Below are positions 23,401 through 36,750 of a stretch of 64,000 nucleotides of DNA, piece by piece. The notes below the pieces were generated by a model. It was not told the DNA's origin. It was given only the letters and a program-made list of their open reading frames with translations, and ran no database searches. The position numbers were made by a program, and so were the translations under genes. The DNA is from Owenia fusiformis (taxonomy: Eukaryota), in NCBI GenBank assembly GCA_903813345.2, contig CAIIXF020000001.1, forward strand, positions 17,484,001 through 17,548,000, read 5' to 3'. Positions within the stretch are counted from its first letter, which is position 1. Every line of letters starts with the position of its first letter.

Positions 23401-25270
23401 AATGTTTCTTAATCGAGAGTACAATATATATCGGAACAGAATTGGAATAGAACAGATTTTAGAACTTGCTTTTTAGAGTTTGGAACTTTTGAAAATTTCA
23501 GACCTAACTGACTAAAATTTTGTACAATAACATATTGTCAGTGATAATTTATTTACTTTATTTCAGTAGCAAAATTAATTATGAATTATTTATAATAATT
23601 CATCTCATATAAAACAACTTTAACAAACAAGTGAACTCCTCAATATTTTCAATTTATAATTGATTTGGTTCAATCTACTTGAGCAAATGTGTTCTTTGAG
23701 AAAAACTGATAAAATATCAGAACATGGAGAGGCAGTTTCAAAAATCTGTTTCAAACGGGAAAATCGCATGGATTGGACATTTATTCCATTCTGTGCCAGG
23801 CTTTAATACAAAGCAAATCATAGACATTCAGACATTTCAGTACAATATCAAACAAACAAGAACAACAACCATACAAAGTACAACAGTGCATACATACAGA
23901 CTTGGTGTAATGTTAATCATGCTATTTGAGGTAAGCTTTACTCACACTGTTACTGAGAGAGTTTTGAATTTGTTGCCTGGCCCGAGCTATTTCATTCACG
24001 ATGGAACTCTGAGAACCCTAGAGAAGATTGAAAAGGCAGTTTATTCCTCTGATACCCTAGAACTATAATTCAATCATGCCACATGGTAAAGGCAGTGATT
24101 TCACACCAGCAGAGAAAAAATAATTTAGGGCACTTCACTCAGGAGTGAAAGGGATCTTTTATAAGTTGAAAATCAGTTTACATTTAAAGTTGAGAATTTG
24201 CAGCGTGTTCAAGATCAGAGCCATTGGAACATATTTTGTTTGATTTTTACAATTGTAAGAATTGGCAAAATCAGAATTTGCACTCTGAGTTACAAATATG
24301 AAGATCATGGTTTTAATGCACAATCTTGTTATATCACATGCATAATATCAGGCAACAATTTCATTTCGACTAAAATGCTTAAAACAATGTGAAGTAGCAA
24401 CAGTATTGTCTCTTTTAATTCTTGCAAGTATTTAATTTAAACTGGCAGCTAGGTAAACTTTTACTCAATAAAGACCTACACAATATGTTATTTGAGTAAT
24501 TACCCAAATGGATAGAGGCATTCTCTGATTTAGTTCAATGGGATGATTAAAGGGGTAAACCATAGAGAGTTTGGGAAATTGCCAAAAGATTCTAATTCAA
24601 ATATAAGACATCACCACAAAAAATGACATTGATTATGTTGCCATTTCACAGTTTTATGTAGACAGTTTCCTTATAAACTTTAACACAATTAGTAGCACAA
24701 ATTAATGTATCGGAATTATCATTCAGTTACCAAAAACAATTCAGATTTTAATATCAATGTGCAAACTCTAATGTGCAATTTTATACTAGGGTATCTTAAA
24801 TGTTATTATACAATGTATTTTGCAGATGAAAAACGAGCAAATCTTCAGAATGATTGAGCTACATGTACTACTTCTACTACATGTATTTCGAATTTTTATT
24901 TTTTATCAAGTTAATGTTGAAAATATCTCAATCTGAGTGAACATCAAATCAAACAAATATTGTAAATATCACCTGATGTTATATATAAGGTTTACATTCT
25001 TGACAGTACCACTGGTACAACCTACAGTACTAAAACAAATATCCAAAACCTCAACCAACAACATGAATGTTCAATAATGAAATCCTCAACCAAGATAAAA
25101 AATAATTACAGAACCAATTAGAATTAAAGTACCAATAAATTTACCTGAACTACAAGGCCAGAGTGAGCACCAGCTAGCTTCTCTTGGTATGCCTTCTCAG
25201 CATCTTCACAACGCCATTTATCGTACCATACATTCTCCTGCATTAAGAACTGGGCAGCGTTGGTGGCCAT
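20468..25270 (-). CDS. EEF1D: Translation elongation factor 1-delta (eEF1B-delta), 271 aa; exons 25145-25270, 23946-24017, 22798-22891, 22430-22527, 21744-21888, 21192-21317, 20857-20972, 20468-20506
   Basis: Phases consistent (816 nt). N-terminus [35 protein letters not shown], leucine zipper [23 protein letters not shown], and GEF domain [59 protein letters not shown]. Confidence 0.97.
20607..20796 (-). mobile_element. Deleted non-autonomous Helitron copy in the last EEF1D intron
   Basis: Minus-strand 3' hairpin GCTACGCTTTGGCGTTGC followed by CTAG|T; 5' TCCAATCG; same family as 59328-60417. Confidence 0.75.
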
Positions 25271-25599
25271 GTTAGTTGAAGGTGTATGTTCTGGAATAAG
25301 ACAATAAATGAAAAAATAATACCGTGGGTACTGGGCTCACATGGTTTTGCTCAAAAGTGAATGATGGCTAAAATGGCAGAAAATAAAAAAATGGAAGTAA
25401 TTTTTGCCGATTTTTTGCAACAAAATTATTTCATACAACCTGAGACTAACATTAGAGTATATTAGTCTCAGATACAACTACTCTTTACAGTGACATGACT
25501 TTTTACAATGCAGGACACCTGATGTTATTTGTAAAGCTAGGAAATGGGCCACAAGTGAATTTCGCAAGACAAAAATGGCGACCATTTTGAAAATAACAT

Positions 25600-25866
25600 T
25601 TTGGTAAAAAATTGCTATACCTGCACATGTTATTTTCTGGTACAAAATTAAGTATGAAGGCATGTGTGTATCTCCTTGCTTTTTTCAGGAAAGTATCATT
25701 ACACTGTCTACTTTTAGTAAACCTGGAAACAGGTCAATGGTAGCGCCTGTGTTGTCTGGAAACTTTGGAGGCCTTTGGAAAAATAGAAAGTGTGAAATAT
25801 CAGAAGCCTTCATACTTTATTTTGTACCAGAAAATAACATGTGCAGGTAAAGCAATTTTTTACCAA
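25600..25866. repeat. Inverted repeat (MITE remnant) in EEF1D intron 1
   Basis: TGGTAAAAAATTGCT.TACCTGCACATGTTATTTTCTGGTACAAAAT..AGTATGAAGGC mirrored at ~25806-25865. Confidence 0.7.
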
Positions 25867-26131
25867 AGTATTATTTGCTAGCTGTACCTTAACATCCTAA
25901 GATTGTTGCCACCCGATTGACATTTCTGATTTTCTTCAAGAAATTCTTGCAAAAGAAAGTTGAGTTTGATTGACCGGCTTCACAATCTAGTTGTTTTCTC
26001 AGTCAGTATTGATAAATAAACATTTCAATCATTGTCAGTTTTCAGATGACACTAAGAAACATTCAAAACAAATAAAAAGCAAGCATACGACTCGTAGATT
26101 CCAGGTAAATTAGATCAAGAAATACACAAAC

Positions 26132-26353
26132 CTGGTGGAAACGTGTACAACTTTTGAAACAGGAAGTGAAAGGAACGAAACGGGGAACAAGTAAGGAAAG
26201 GAAAAATTATGCCCTTATATCGCAAATATATTTCAACATATACCTTTTAATATTAAATAAATTATAATACATTTGTTTAATGGAAAATTGTATGAAAAAG
26301 TTCAATTTTGAATTTATTTATGATTACAAAAATATTCACTCCGAACTTTGATC
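26132..26353. promoter_or_regulatory. EEF1D non-coding exon 1 (pyrimidine-rich, TOP/TCT-like) and compact bidirectional EEF1D/CHRAC1 promoter
   Basis: Minus strand: TATAAG (26214-26219), then TTTTTCCTTTCCTTACTTGTTCCCC...CACTTCCTG...CCACCAG|GTTTGT donor at 26131; acceptor at 25291; CHRAC1 ATG at 26354 on the opposite strand. Confidence 0.7.
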
Positions 26354-29300
26354 ATGGCGGAACAAAAAAGTGAGAAACACAACTGTTTGTTGCCATTATC
26401 AAGGATAAAGACCATAATGAAGAGTTCTCCCGATGTCACACACGTAGCACAAGAATCACTCTTTGTCATAACCAAGGCAACCGTAAGTAATACGAAATAA
26501 TATTGTAGATAATCAAATGCGAAAAGTACAATTCACATATTATCGCCCACAAAATTGACAACCCCAAAAATCATTATTCTTTGTTTATTGGGACATTCCC
26601 ATTCTAGTGGGCACCATGCATTGATTTCTTTAGAAAGGAGACTGACAGTACGAAAATTTCGTGACCACATGTTTGGAATTCAGCTGTTTTATACACTGAT
26701 GTTTCTCCATTATTCTTAGCCTACAGTCTGCAGATAGTATGTATCCAACAGACCCCTCGCATGGATATCGCGGCGATATTTTGTGCACATAAATTTCTTG
26801 TTTATTACAAGAATGTTCACCTTGAAAATTGGTGAATATGTTGAGGAGATGTTCATCTTATTAAACTACTATTTTTTTCAAGGCCTGTCTGCGTCGCTAA
26901 CATGCTAAATATAAGAGTTAGCTGACGTTTGGGAGTCTGACTTACCTTCTAAAGGTTAGAACCCGAATCTTAATGAAACCATATCACCTTTGTTCCGTCA
27001 ACCATGGAGCATTTGCCACAACATCCAAGAGGTAAATCATGGATCGAGAAAATGAATGATTTCCTTGTAAGTTCCGGAAGTTTCAATACGAAAAATTACC
27101 GAACATATGTGAAAACCAAATATTTGTTCGTTGTTTTCACGATTTACAGGTTCGTTTGTTCTTCAATGTTTTGGTCTAAATTAAAGCATTATAAAGCATC
27201 ACCAACAGGTCTTTCTCTATTAATCGACTAATACAGCAGACGGCTCATATTTCTACGTAGCATTTCATTCAGACCAATAGTGGGAGTGTAGATCACGCAG
27301 TTTCGTTCGTTGCGTACTTAACTTGAAATTGGTAATTTTTAATATTGACTACTTCAGGATGTAGAACATTGCTTAATATTCTTTTAATTTTCACACCAGA
27401 CATGCTTGGTTGACACGTCAACAAAGTAAAGTTCAAGGTTCAATGCGTTATTTCGTGATAACTACAACGCCTTCCCGGAAGTCAACATTGATGAAAAATG
27501 AAAAAGTCGGAAAAGCATTTACGCTAATTTCTATCAAATGCTATGTTTATGCATCATCATCGACGCAACAAAGGTGATATAGTTTCATTAAGATTCGGGT
27601 TCTAACCTTTAGAAGGTAAGTCAGACTCCCAAACGTCAGCTAACTCTTATATTTAGCATGTTAGCGACGCAGACAGGCCTTGAAAAAAATAGTAGAAGCA
27701 AAAATATTTGTTTAAGGTAACGCTTAAGTTAATCAAAAGTACAAACGATAATCCATGCCACTTGGTGAAGTCACAAAAACTTATATGAGGATTACATGAA
27801 GTCTAGAAGTAGTTCCGGCAAGAAAAATGGTGCACATGAAATATTTGTCAGAAACTATGGTTTGAGCTTTATCATTTCTAACAATGCAAGAAGAGCACAT
27901 TTTCATGCTCCCTCGATGTTCCATGGTAAGGTAAGATGATTTGTGGAAATTTTGGATTCTTGCAAATGTTTGACTGTTGCAAGGCTACTCCTTCAAACTT
28001 TCAAAAATTAGCCTCATTTCACGGTCTTAATGTTAGCTTTGGGGACCCATGCACCTCCAATTCATAGTTATAAAAAATGCGCTAAAAGTGAAGTTTTCTT
28101 TGACATGTCTCTTTAGTCAGGAAGTGCATTCACATATAAGGAAAACAGAATACAAAATCATGTGACTTAGTCAAAAATATATGGCCGCCATTTTTTTGTA
28201 CTTCTGATGAAGTTAACGGTTACCATAAGGCAGGTAGGCAACAAGTTGATATAAAATAATGAAATATTCAGACTCACCAAATTTTCAGGATGTGTTCATA
28301 AGTAGATCGCAAAATCAGTGTCAAGGACTTTTGACTTCACGAGATCCAAACGAGATATTCAAATTTTTGAACTTTGACTTTTAACTTCAAACACATGACC
28401 ACTTGATTACCTCGGCCTTATTCATGAATATTCCCGCTCTATTAACTATAAATGTTGAAAATCAATCGGGATAATGATACTAAATGACTAGATCTAATAA
28501 ATTCCAGCACAAATTGAATTTATCAATAGGCTTCCATAATGTTGCTCCATCCGCTCCACATGTTATTTGTTTACAAATAGACTGACATCACTAAATCTCG
28601 TTTATCGTGAGAGTTGGCATTGCCAAAATGGCTTGACCTAATCAATGCCTTCGCTACAAGAAGCTTCTGCATATTTTATGAATATCTTTAAGAGGACAAT
28701 ATACGAAAAAATAATATTGTAAGTTCTTTATAAGGTAATCATTTTATAATTATACATACTTATTTGTAACATTACAACAACACCACATTTTACAATAGGT
28801 GACTTACAGTCTGAATTTATTCAGATGAAGGATACAGTCTAAGTCTGTTGAAGTGCTTCAAGGCAACCAGTTGAACCTAAAAACTAAGAAATCTAAAGAT
28901 TATTGTGCAACATATTCATACTGCACATGAATGGCATTTGTATATTTCAGATTATTTAGTGTTTAGTGCAATAAAAGCTTGTGCCCTCTTGTAATCTGAG
29001 GTCTAAAGTTTGGAACATAAATAATGACTAACACTATGAAAAAGACATTATGTCGCACATAAAATAAATGCTTACCTCTTGTCTCTATTTTTCCGTACTG
29101 AAAAGTACAAATGTAGTGGAATTTGTGTCTATAATGACAATTTGGAACTTAAAAATTTGAAGGGATTTTCACATGTTAAGGTGCCATGATACTTAACAGG
29201 AAATGACAAAACAGGAAGTAACAAAAAGCTATGCATTTTAGACATTTTTTGAACAAAGATAACAGAGTTCTGTTTTGACCTCCAGTCAATTTAACTATTC

Positions 29301-32300
29301 ACATATCATTTACATGACAAGGATCACAATGTACATGGTCAGAATGACCCTGAACATGATGAAATCATGGTATTACCTTTTCAGCCCTTTGAAAATGTGA
29401 CTGAAAAATAGCTAAAAGTAGGAGCTAGGGAAGGTCAATGAACAGAATCTTTTGAATTTTTCAGAAAATGTGCCCAATATAATGCTTTTACTGATACAAT
29501 CTTTGAAATTTTAGAAAATTGTCTGAAACAAAAATGGCGGTCATAAAAAGGAAAATAAATCGCTTTTCAAATCAGTTTTTTCATTTATTTTCTTTTTCTA
29601 TGAATGATATCAAATTTTCAAAGATTGTATCATTCATTCATATTCATTCATTGTTCAAAAAATGTCTAGAAATGCAAAATGTTTTGTCACTTCCTGTTTT
29701 GTCATTTCCTGTTAAGTATCATGACACTTTAATCCAGACTCTTTAAATGTTGAGGTGATTTTGGAGCCAGATTACGCCGCAAGAAGAATTGGCTCCCAGA
29801 ATGCAATGTGACATGTGACAGCTTTCAAAATGCAGTTCCGCCATTTTGAAATCTGTCACGGGGTTAACTGATGTTGCATGCTGGGAGCCAATCCTCCTTG
29901 GATCATAACAATGGCGGTCCATGAAAACATTCATTCGATTTGGTAGGAATTTATCATTTGGAGGTATGAAGCTTTGGATTCATTTATTGTGCTACTTACA
30001 GTGAGCGGAGATTATTTTTCTACCATTTGGATGAGTTTGAGACATAAAACTTAGAATTTAGCTCATTGTGACAACTTTTGATGGTTGAGGTTTATTAAAG
30101 TTTTCCAGTGAATCTGTCATGTTATTTTTTTCAGAATTAACATTGCAGAGAAGCATCAAAATATAAGAGGATACAGACTTTATAAGCAAGATATTATTCA
30201 AAATGGTGAAAAAATATTCAAAATGCTTTAAATGATTTAAAGGAACATGTCAGAAAAATATTTGCTGTTTGTTTCATTATATTTAAATGCAAAACAACTA
30301 TATTGTAATATTGAATTAGCAAATTGTTATCAAATGACACATCCCTATCCTATCTGTATATAAAAGCTGTCATTCAAATTGATGTTTTTCTACACTCTGA
30401 TCTTAGCCAAAAGGCAGAGAAGCGAAACTACTGTTAACATTGCTCCTTATATTATATTCAAAAGTGCATCAATGTCTTCTATAATGCCATGCATGCATTT
30501 GGCGATTGAAGATAATTTTGTAAATGTAACTAATGATGATAATTGATCAATAAATAAAAAATAAAATAAAATAATGTTTTTCTACAAAAAATACGTAATT
30601 AATTGGTAAAATCAGCGAGGTCTGGGGCAAATCACTCAAAATTGGATTTTGTAGTTAATATACCAATATTTCAGGAAATTTACTCCCTTTTATTAAGTCA
30701 GAGAGGAACTTTTAATCATGAGAGGAAATTGACATGGAAAAAATGCTCAAAAAGGGTTTTTTAGGTGCAGGACATAGGTATTAAGAGGTATATTGGAGTG
30801 AAACCCCCGGGGTTCTGTTTGGATTGAAAACAGATGAAAAGGATTTTGAAAGTAGCCTGCCTTATGATTTTTGAATTGCCTAAAATTAACAATGAATAAG
30901 ATTGTGTTTCAGAATGCTGGTACCACGGGGTACCATCGAATAATTTTGGCAACGTACCGGAGAACGACATTTTACTAAGAAATGGCAATAATTTAGCACA
31001 ATATATTTTTTAACTAGAGTTCTATTTTGATTTTGACAAAAGTAAGTATTCCATGCAATAACTATTTCATTCATGAGTTTGTAGGAATTCTGTTGGAACC
31101 CAGTTCTGATCTAGTACGAAGTTATTGAAATCGGCGCAGTCGGACTTTACTCCGAAAGATGGTTTTTCGATTATAACTTATAGGCCCTATGCTTTAAATC
31201 ATATATTTTATTTTTTTAAATTACATAATTCAACTGATCTGCTCCGGTTACGTTCCCAGCTCCGGTTACGTTCCTAAGTAATATTTTTAAAACTTTTTTT
31301 TTAATTAAACAAATCAGAGTCGTTTGAATCAGAAATAACAGAATTATTCAATAGTATAAGGACTATTCTGTACTTTTTTCAAAAGTCTATACTTAAATGT
31401 TGTAAAAAGTTATAATCGAAAAACCATCTTTCGGAGTAAAGTCCGACTGCGCCGATTTCAATAACTTCGTACTTGATCAGAACTGGGTTCCAACAGAATT
31501 CCTACAAACTCATGAATGAAATAGTTATTGCATGGAATACTTACTTTTGTCAAAATCAAAATAGAACTCTAGTTAAAAAATATATTGTGCTAAATTATTG
31601 CCATTTCTTAGTAAAATGTCGTTCTCCGGTACGTTGCCAAAATTATTCGATGGTACCCCGTGGGTACAAGGTCACCCTGCTGGTCCATCCAGAATAGCAT
31701 AATATTACATCTACCATAACTTGACATTGTTGATTTGAGGGCAGCACAATCTTAAAAATAAGTTTCACATATTCTGATTACATTGGATAAGACTACAGTA
31801 TAAGCCAAGGTGGTTTAACTTCATACATGGCCTTTGAATTCTTCTCTTTTTCGGACACTGATACTGATATCTGAAATCAAACGAATGGTCCCTAAAATTA
31901 CAAGATTTACAAGTTTTACAAGTTTACAAGATTTACACAATTTATACTCTACCCAGACTTTTAACAATAAGCCAACACTGGGGTTGCCATTCCAGAACTT
32001 TGCTTATATTCTAAAAGGACACTCCACTAGAACCAGACCTGCAATAACAGATTTTGCCACAAAAATTGCAGAAGGTTTTCACAAATGCTCACAACACCAA
32101 ATTCAAATAATGGGAAAATATATAGAAATACATTATTTAAGTGTTTTTTTAATATGTGGTTATGTTTCATGTACATATATTTGCAGGAGTTGTTTGTACA
32201 AGACTTGGCTAAGACAATACACAAAAAATCAGGCAGTGGTAAATCAGTTTCTTATAAAGATCTCTCAACTCTGGTGGATGAAGAGGAAAATATGCAATTT

Positions 32301-33061
32301 TTACAAGGTAAACTAGAAATGTATTTATCCCATACTTGGACATGTTACAGGTACATAAAGCAGGTTTTGCCCTCGGGCAGATATATTATATTGGCCTCGG
32401 GATAATCCCAATATCCTGAACCTCATAAAGGATAAAGGATCTCTATATATCCTATATGTTACATTTTCAATATAATTAGATATGTATATACATGTATAAT
32501 GTTTATACATATCTCAAGTGTAATGGGGATTAGTAGGATTGAGACAAATTCAGCTTTTTTGAAAATATATTTTTGAAATTTTTTTTCCAATTTAATGTTT
32601 TTTTGCTCTCATCATTTGATTCTATGTCATGCTTATTTTCTCTAAATTCCCAACAGTTTTTAGTTTATTAAAGATAAGTCTTTGACTCTTAAAGTTGTCT
32701 TTCAAAAAATTAAGAAAAGAGACATTTCTGCATCAGTAATTTCTATATTTGATCAGCAATCTCAATTTCTCTTTCCAGAAAAAATTGCAATAGAAATAGT
32801 GGCATGATTTTATGAAATATTCCCTTCAATATTTCACACTTCACACTCCAGGAAAAAATCAACTTAATTTGTAGTACTCTAAACCTCAAATACCCTTGTA
32901 CCATAAACATCAAACAAATGCATAAACACATGTGTGCTTGTAATTCATTGTCAGCTTCATATTTTCTTTCAGATATCATTCCAAAGAAGATCCTTGCAAA
33001 GGATTACCTTGATAAACAGAACAATACAGAAAGTGATGATGACATCGTTATGCTAGACTGA
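26354..33061 (+). CDS. CHRAC1: Chromatin accessibility complex protein 1 (CHRAC-15, histone fold), 112 aa; exons 26354-26482, 32187-32307, 32973-33061
   Basis: LPLSRIKTIMKSSPDV..QESLFVITKAT|ELFVQDLA..SYKDL..MQFLQ|DIIPKKILAKDYL matches CHRAC1; GT-AG and phases consistent (339 nt). Confidence 0.95.
26869..27692. mobile_element. Non-autonomous DNA transposon with ~125-bp near-perfect TIRs in CHRAC1 intron 1
   Basis: CTATTTTTTTCAAGGCCTGTCTGCGTCGCTAACATG... mirrored at ~27567-27692; TA on both flanks; diverged relative at ~63115-63600. Confidence 0.85.
29180..29728. mobile_element. Internally deleted copy of the Kolobok-type element at 18322-19077
   Basis: TTAA|GGTGCCATGATACTTAACAGGAAATGAC ... 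GTCATTTCCTGTTAAGTATCATGACACT|TTAA. Confidence 0.85.
30390..30425 (-). pseudogene. U2 snRNA 5' fragment (~36 nt), part of a retroposed chimera
   Basis: Minus strand TCGCTTCTCTGCCTTTTGGCTAAGATCAGAGTGTAG vs U2 5' end ATCGCTTCTCGGCCTTTTGGCTAAGATCAAGTGTAG. Confidence 0.85.
30924..31662. mobile_element. Young foldback MITE with CAC termini and 5-bp TSD (Transib-like)
   Basis: ~255-bp nearly perfect TIRs starting CACGGGGTACCATCGAATAATTTTGGCAACG; TSD GGTAC (30919-30923 / 31663-31667). Confidence 0.88.
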
Positions 33062-36016
33062 AATCAAATATAGAAACCGTGAATTACACTACATTAGTGC
33101 TGGACTACTGACATCATAGAATGCAATATAATATGCTGTGTCACCTATACTCATGCTACATGTAACGCAATGGAGGACATAAATGACTAGTTTATATGGG
33201 TAGCTGCAGTGGCCTGCAAGGGAGCATATTTGTTTCATGTTTTGTATGTATGTCTTGAGAAAGTGATCTGATGAAAAATGTATGCAAATCAAACAATGGA
33301 TTTAGACTTTCTGTCATGTGCTCCATGCACTTGCAGGATTTGGCTACTAGGATGTTTTAGTGTTTCAAAACTGATTCTGATGGAATGGAAAACATTAATT
33401 ACTAAATGCTGTTTTCTATTGCATAACTGGAACAATATGAGCCATATCTACATACCCTTTCATGCATCTCATTCTTCAGATTGTTATTTTTAATGTTGCC
33501 CTTTGTATGTTTTTATAAGGAAAATAAACTAATAAAATTGTACAAATCAGTATACTTGATTCCAGTCTTCAATCATCTTACTTGTAATGTGTCCATGTGG
33601 TCCATGCTTTTTAGTACATTATGTAGATTGTCAGAATTGAGTGCTATTCTAGTTAAAAAGTTTATGATTTACAGTCTACCAGAGATGTCAGGTCATCCAT
33701 TATAACATTTTGTGTCACTATATCCGAGAACATCAACATCTGCATTGTTAATTAATTACAGAAAATTTTGGATCTAGCTTAGCAATGATATGTGAGTAGA
33801 TGACAAAGATTTCATTGGGTTTATTAGAATGTATTACATGAATGCATCGGAAATAGCTTAATGGTGCATTTATCACTGACGGATCGAGTAAATGCAGTTG
33901 AAATTATTTGTTCAAGTCTAAAACTTTTTAACAACATTAAGCTATTGCACTAGGGCTGTTATATAGATATTAGCAAACTAACAATTGTTCTTCCTTCATA
34001 ATTTAGATTTAATTACACTATACTTATCATTAATTCGTCATTCATGGTTTAATTACTTAATGCTGCAGATATCAGGTTCCTTGTCTGGCGCGCGTCAATT
34101 ACTATGAGAGTAATTTCATAAAATGTAATAAGAGGTGCCACATTGGCTCATATATTTTTACGAAACAAAAAGTGTTGTTCCAACCAATCAAAAAATGATT
34201 CTGAAATGAAATATGAAGTCATAGCTGATGGGCATAAATAGAATTCATCTTCACTAATTTTTGCAGGGACTCAATATGAGTGATTGCACACATTTAATAG
34301 AACATATTTCACTTATCAGATTGAGTCATTGTTATCACTTTTTAATGATGATTGAGTCTTATCAACTTTGCTAGGGATAATATCTCGTCAAATATACTCC
34401 AGGTCCCCATGAAAGCATAAATGGATTGCCACGAAGCATATCTGAGTAGCCAATACTGTTGGAGCATCTAGCTGTCTGTGGTGTTTTAAAGACTTTAAGT
34501 TGCCAAATGAGTATTAAATCTGCAATTTCAAATATAATAATGCTGTAATTAAAAATCTTTATTTTTTGGTATTAAGTTTAATAAAAAAACTTAGCTATAA
34601 TATTTTAATGACTTTGTGAGAAAGATGAGATGTCAATGTTGTATCAGGTTAAGCTTTTAAATGAGTAAATCTACTTTTCTGATCCATTTCCTCGGTTCTG
34701 AGCAGGGATGGATGTGTCATCCGATAACCAAGTTTTTATTTCTAGGGTTTGAATCTCACAGTTGCATGACTGGCAAATTGCCAATGGCAACCAGTTTCCA
34801 CCCTTTGCAATAGACTTTGAAAAACAGTTGCCCATTGGGCAATGGATTGAATGCCAATATGGTAAATTGTGGCAACCATCAGTTTTATCCTTAGTTGTAA
34901 ACCCAGTCTATTTCATAGTTTATTTCTTGGATCATGGAATTCATCAACTGACCATGTTTTCAGGATTAAGGTATATCTTCATCAATTATAGACATAATTC
35001 CACCTACAATTGCCAGGTTATGAACCTGAATGCCTTTATACATACATTAATTCCAGAGGAACTTGGTTTACTTTCGCATCTCATAAAAATACTAAATACA
35101 ATTTCATAAATACTATGCATTTTTATTCTTAAAATATATTGCTACAAATGTACAGATAATATTCTTGTCAAAACTACAATATAAAAATCAGCCACAAGTT
35201 TTTGTCACTCATTGCAAAGTTTGGGTCTTTTTACGTCTTTAGATTGGCAAATGAATTTTCCAAAGCAAAGAAACCCATTGTGTCTTATATTAATAAACAT
35301 ATGTATATCAGAACATTTACATATTTGGTATGGCAACAATCATTCAATTACATGTATTAAAATTGAAGTCTGGTAGTTCATCTGAGAAAATAAGGAAATT
35401 TAATTGTTCTCATTCAAGTCGAAATAAGGTTTGGGTCAATGTGACCAAGTCAGCTGTTTTGTATAGTCATGGCGTATCAACAAAACCAAATTGAGCATTG
35501 TTCAGTTGTTAGGGATTGTGAAGCACATCAAATGACAGCTCCAGGAGGCAATAAATTGAATAGGAATTCTGTATACTACATGTATATCTAATATTTCCAA
35601 TAAAGCCTTGAGAGCCTTGGAAAATGGAAGTTCTAAATTTCAGCTAATTTTTTCATTTAAGAACATGTTCTCACATTTTTGCCGAAAAGCTAAGCATTTA
35701 AAAGACTTCAAAGACAAACTCCCTAAAATTAGGGTAGAGAAGAAGTAGATCAGCTATAAAATAACAACCAAGTATGTGATATACACAAATGTATGATGCA
35801 CTGTACTACAAGACCTTGAGGAGAAGCTTTATATTACACAATGCTGCAAAAAAACAAACATGAATGGATTTACAATGATTAAAACAACAGTAATATTGCA
35901 TTTTCTGATTAAACATTTATATAGTCAATACTCATTCACCAGTTGACCTTATTTGTGTCGTAAAGATCAGATATTGACTCATGAACACATTTATTCACCT
36001 GTCTATTTTGGTAATA

Positions 36017-36750
36017 CAGGGTGTTCAAAAAAACGCAACCCAAAGAAATCGCTATATCTTGGGAAACACTAATGCAATTATGTTCAGGAAAGAAAGAAGA
36101 GACGTTTGTATACCTCCTGTAGTTGGTAAGTTATAAAACTTGATGTCTTAGACACCTGCTCAAAAGACATTAGTATTGGAAAGATACGAAAAACGCAGTC
36201 AGGGGTGACTGCCACAGCAATAAAACCGAATAACTTTCTAATCATAGTGTTTTAGCTCTTCAAATTTGGCACAAATCATCTTCATTCAAGGTATGGTAAA
36301 TTTGTAGAGTGAAATCAAAATCACTCCAGGGACTTTACAGATATGGTCGAAATGCGTTCAAAACGCAGTCAAACACCCTGGTTCAGGCAGACTTAAGAAG
36401 GTATTTTGACCATGACTGTAAAGTCCCTGGAGTGATTTTGATGAAACTCCATTAATTCACCACACATTGAATGAGGATAATTTGTGCCAAATCTGAAGTG
36501 CCAAAACACTATGGTTAGAAAGTTTTTCAGTTTTATTGCTGTGGCAGTCAGCTTTGACTGCATTTTTTGTATCTTTCTAATACTTATGTCTTTTGAGCAG
36601 GCGTCCAAGGCTTCATGTTTCACAACTTAATAACTACAGGAGCTCTACATGCACAGTATCTTCTTTCTTTCCTGAAACAATGAGTGCAATTGGATAAGTA
36701 TTTTCCAAGATATAGCGATTTCTTTGGGTTGCATTTTTTTGAACACCCTG
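36017..36750. mobile_element. Mariner-type palindromic MITE
   Basis: TA|CAGGGTGTTCAAAAAAA.GCAACCCAAAGAAATCGCTATATCTTGG ... GAACACCCTG|TA; arms inverted over most of the length; similar CAGGGTGT end at ~9323. Confidence 0.88.

Noticed and set aside
30886-31697. Two ORFs with identical peptides on opposite strands (MNEIVIAWNTYF...)
   Set aside because: Artefact of the ~255-bp inverted repeats of a MITE; no coding features.
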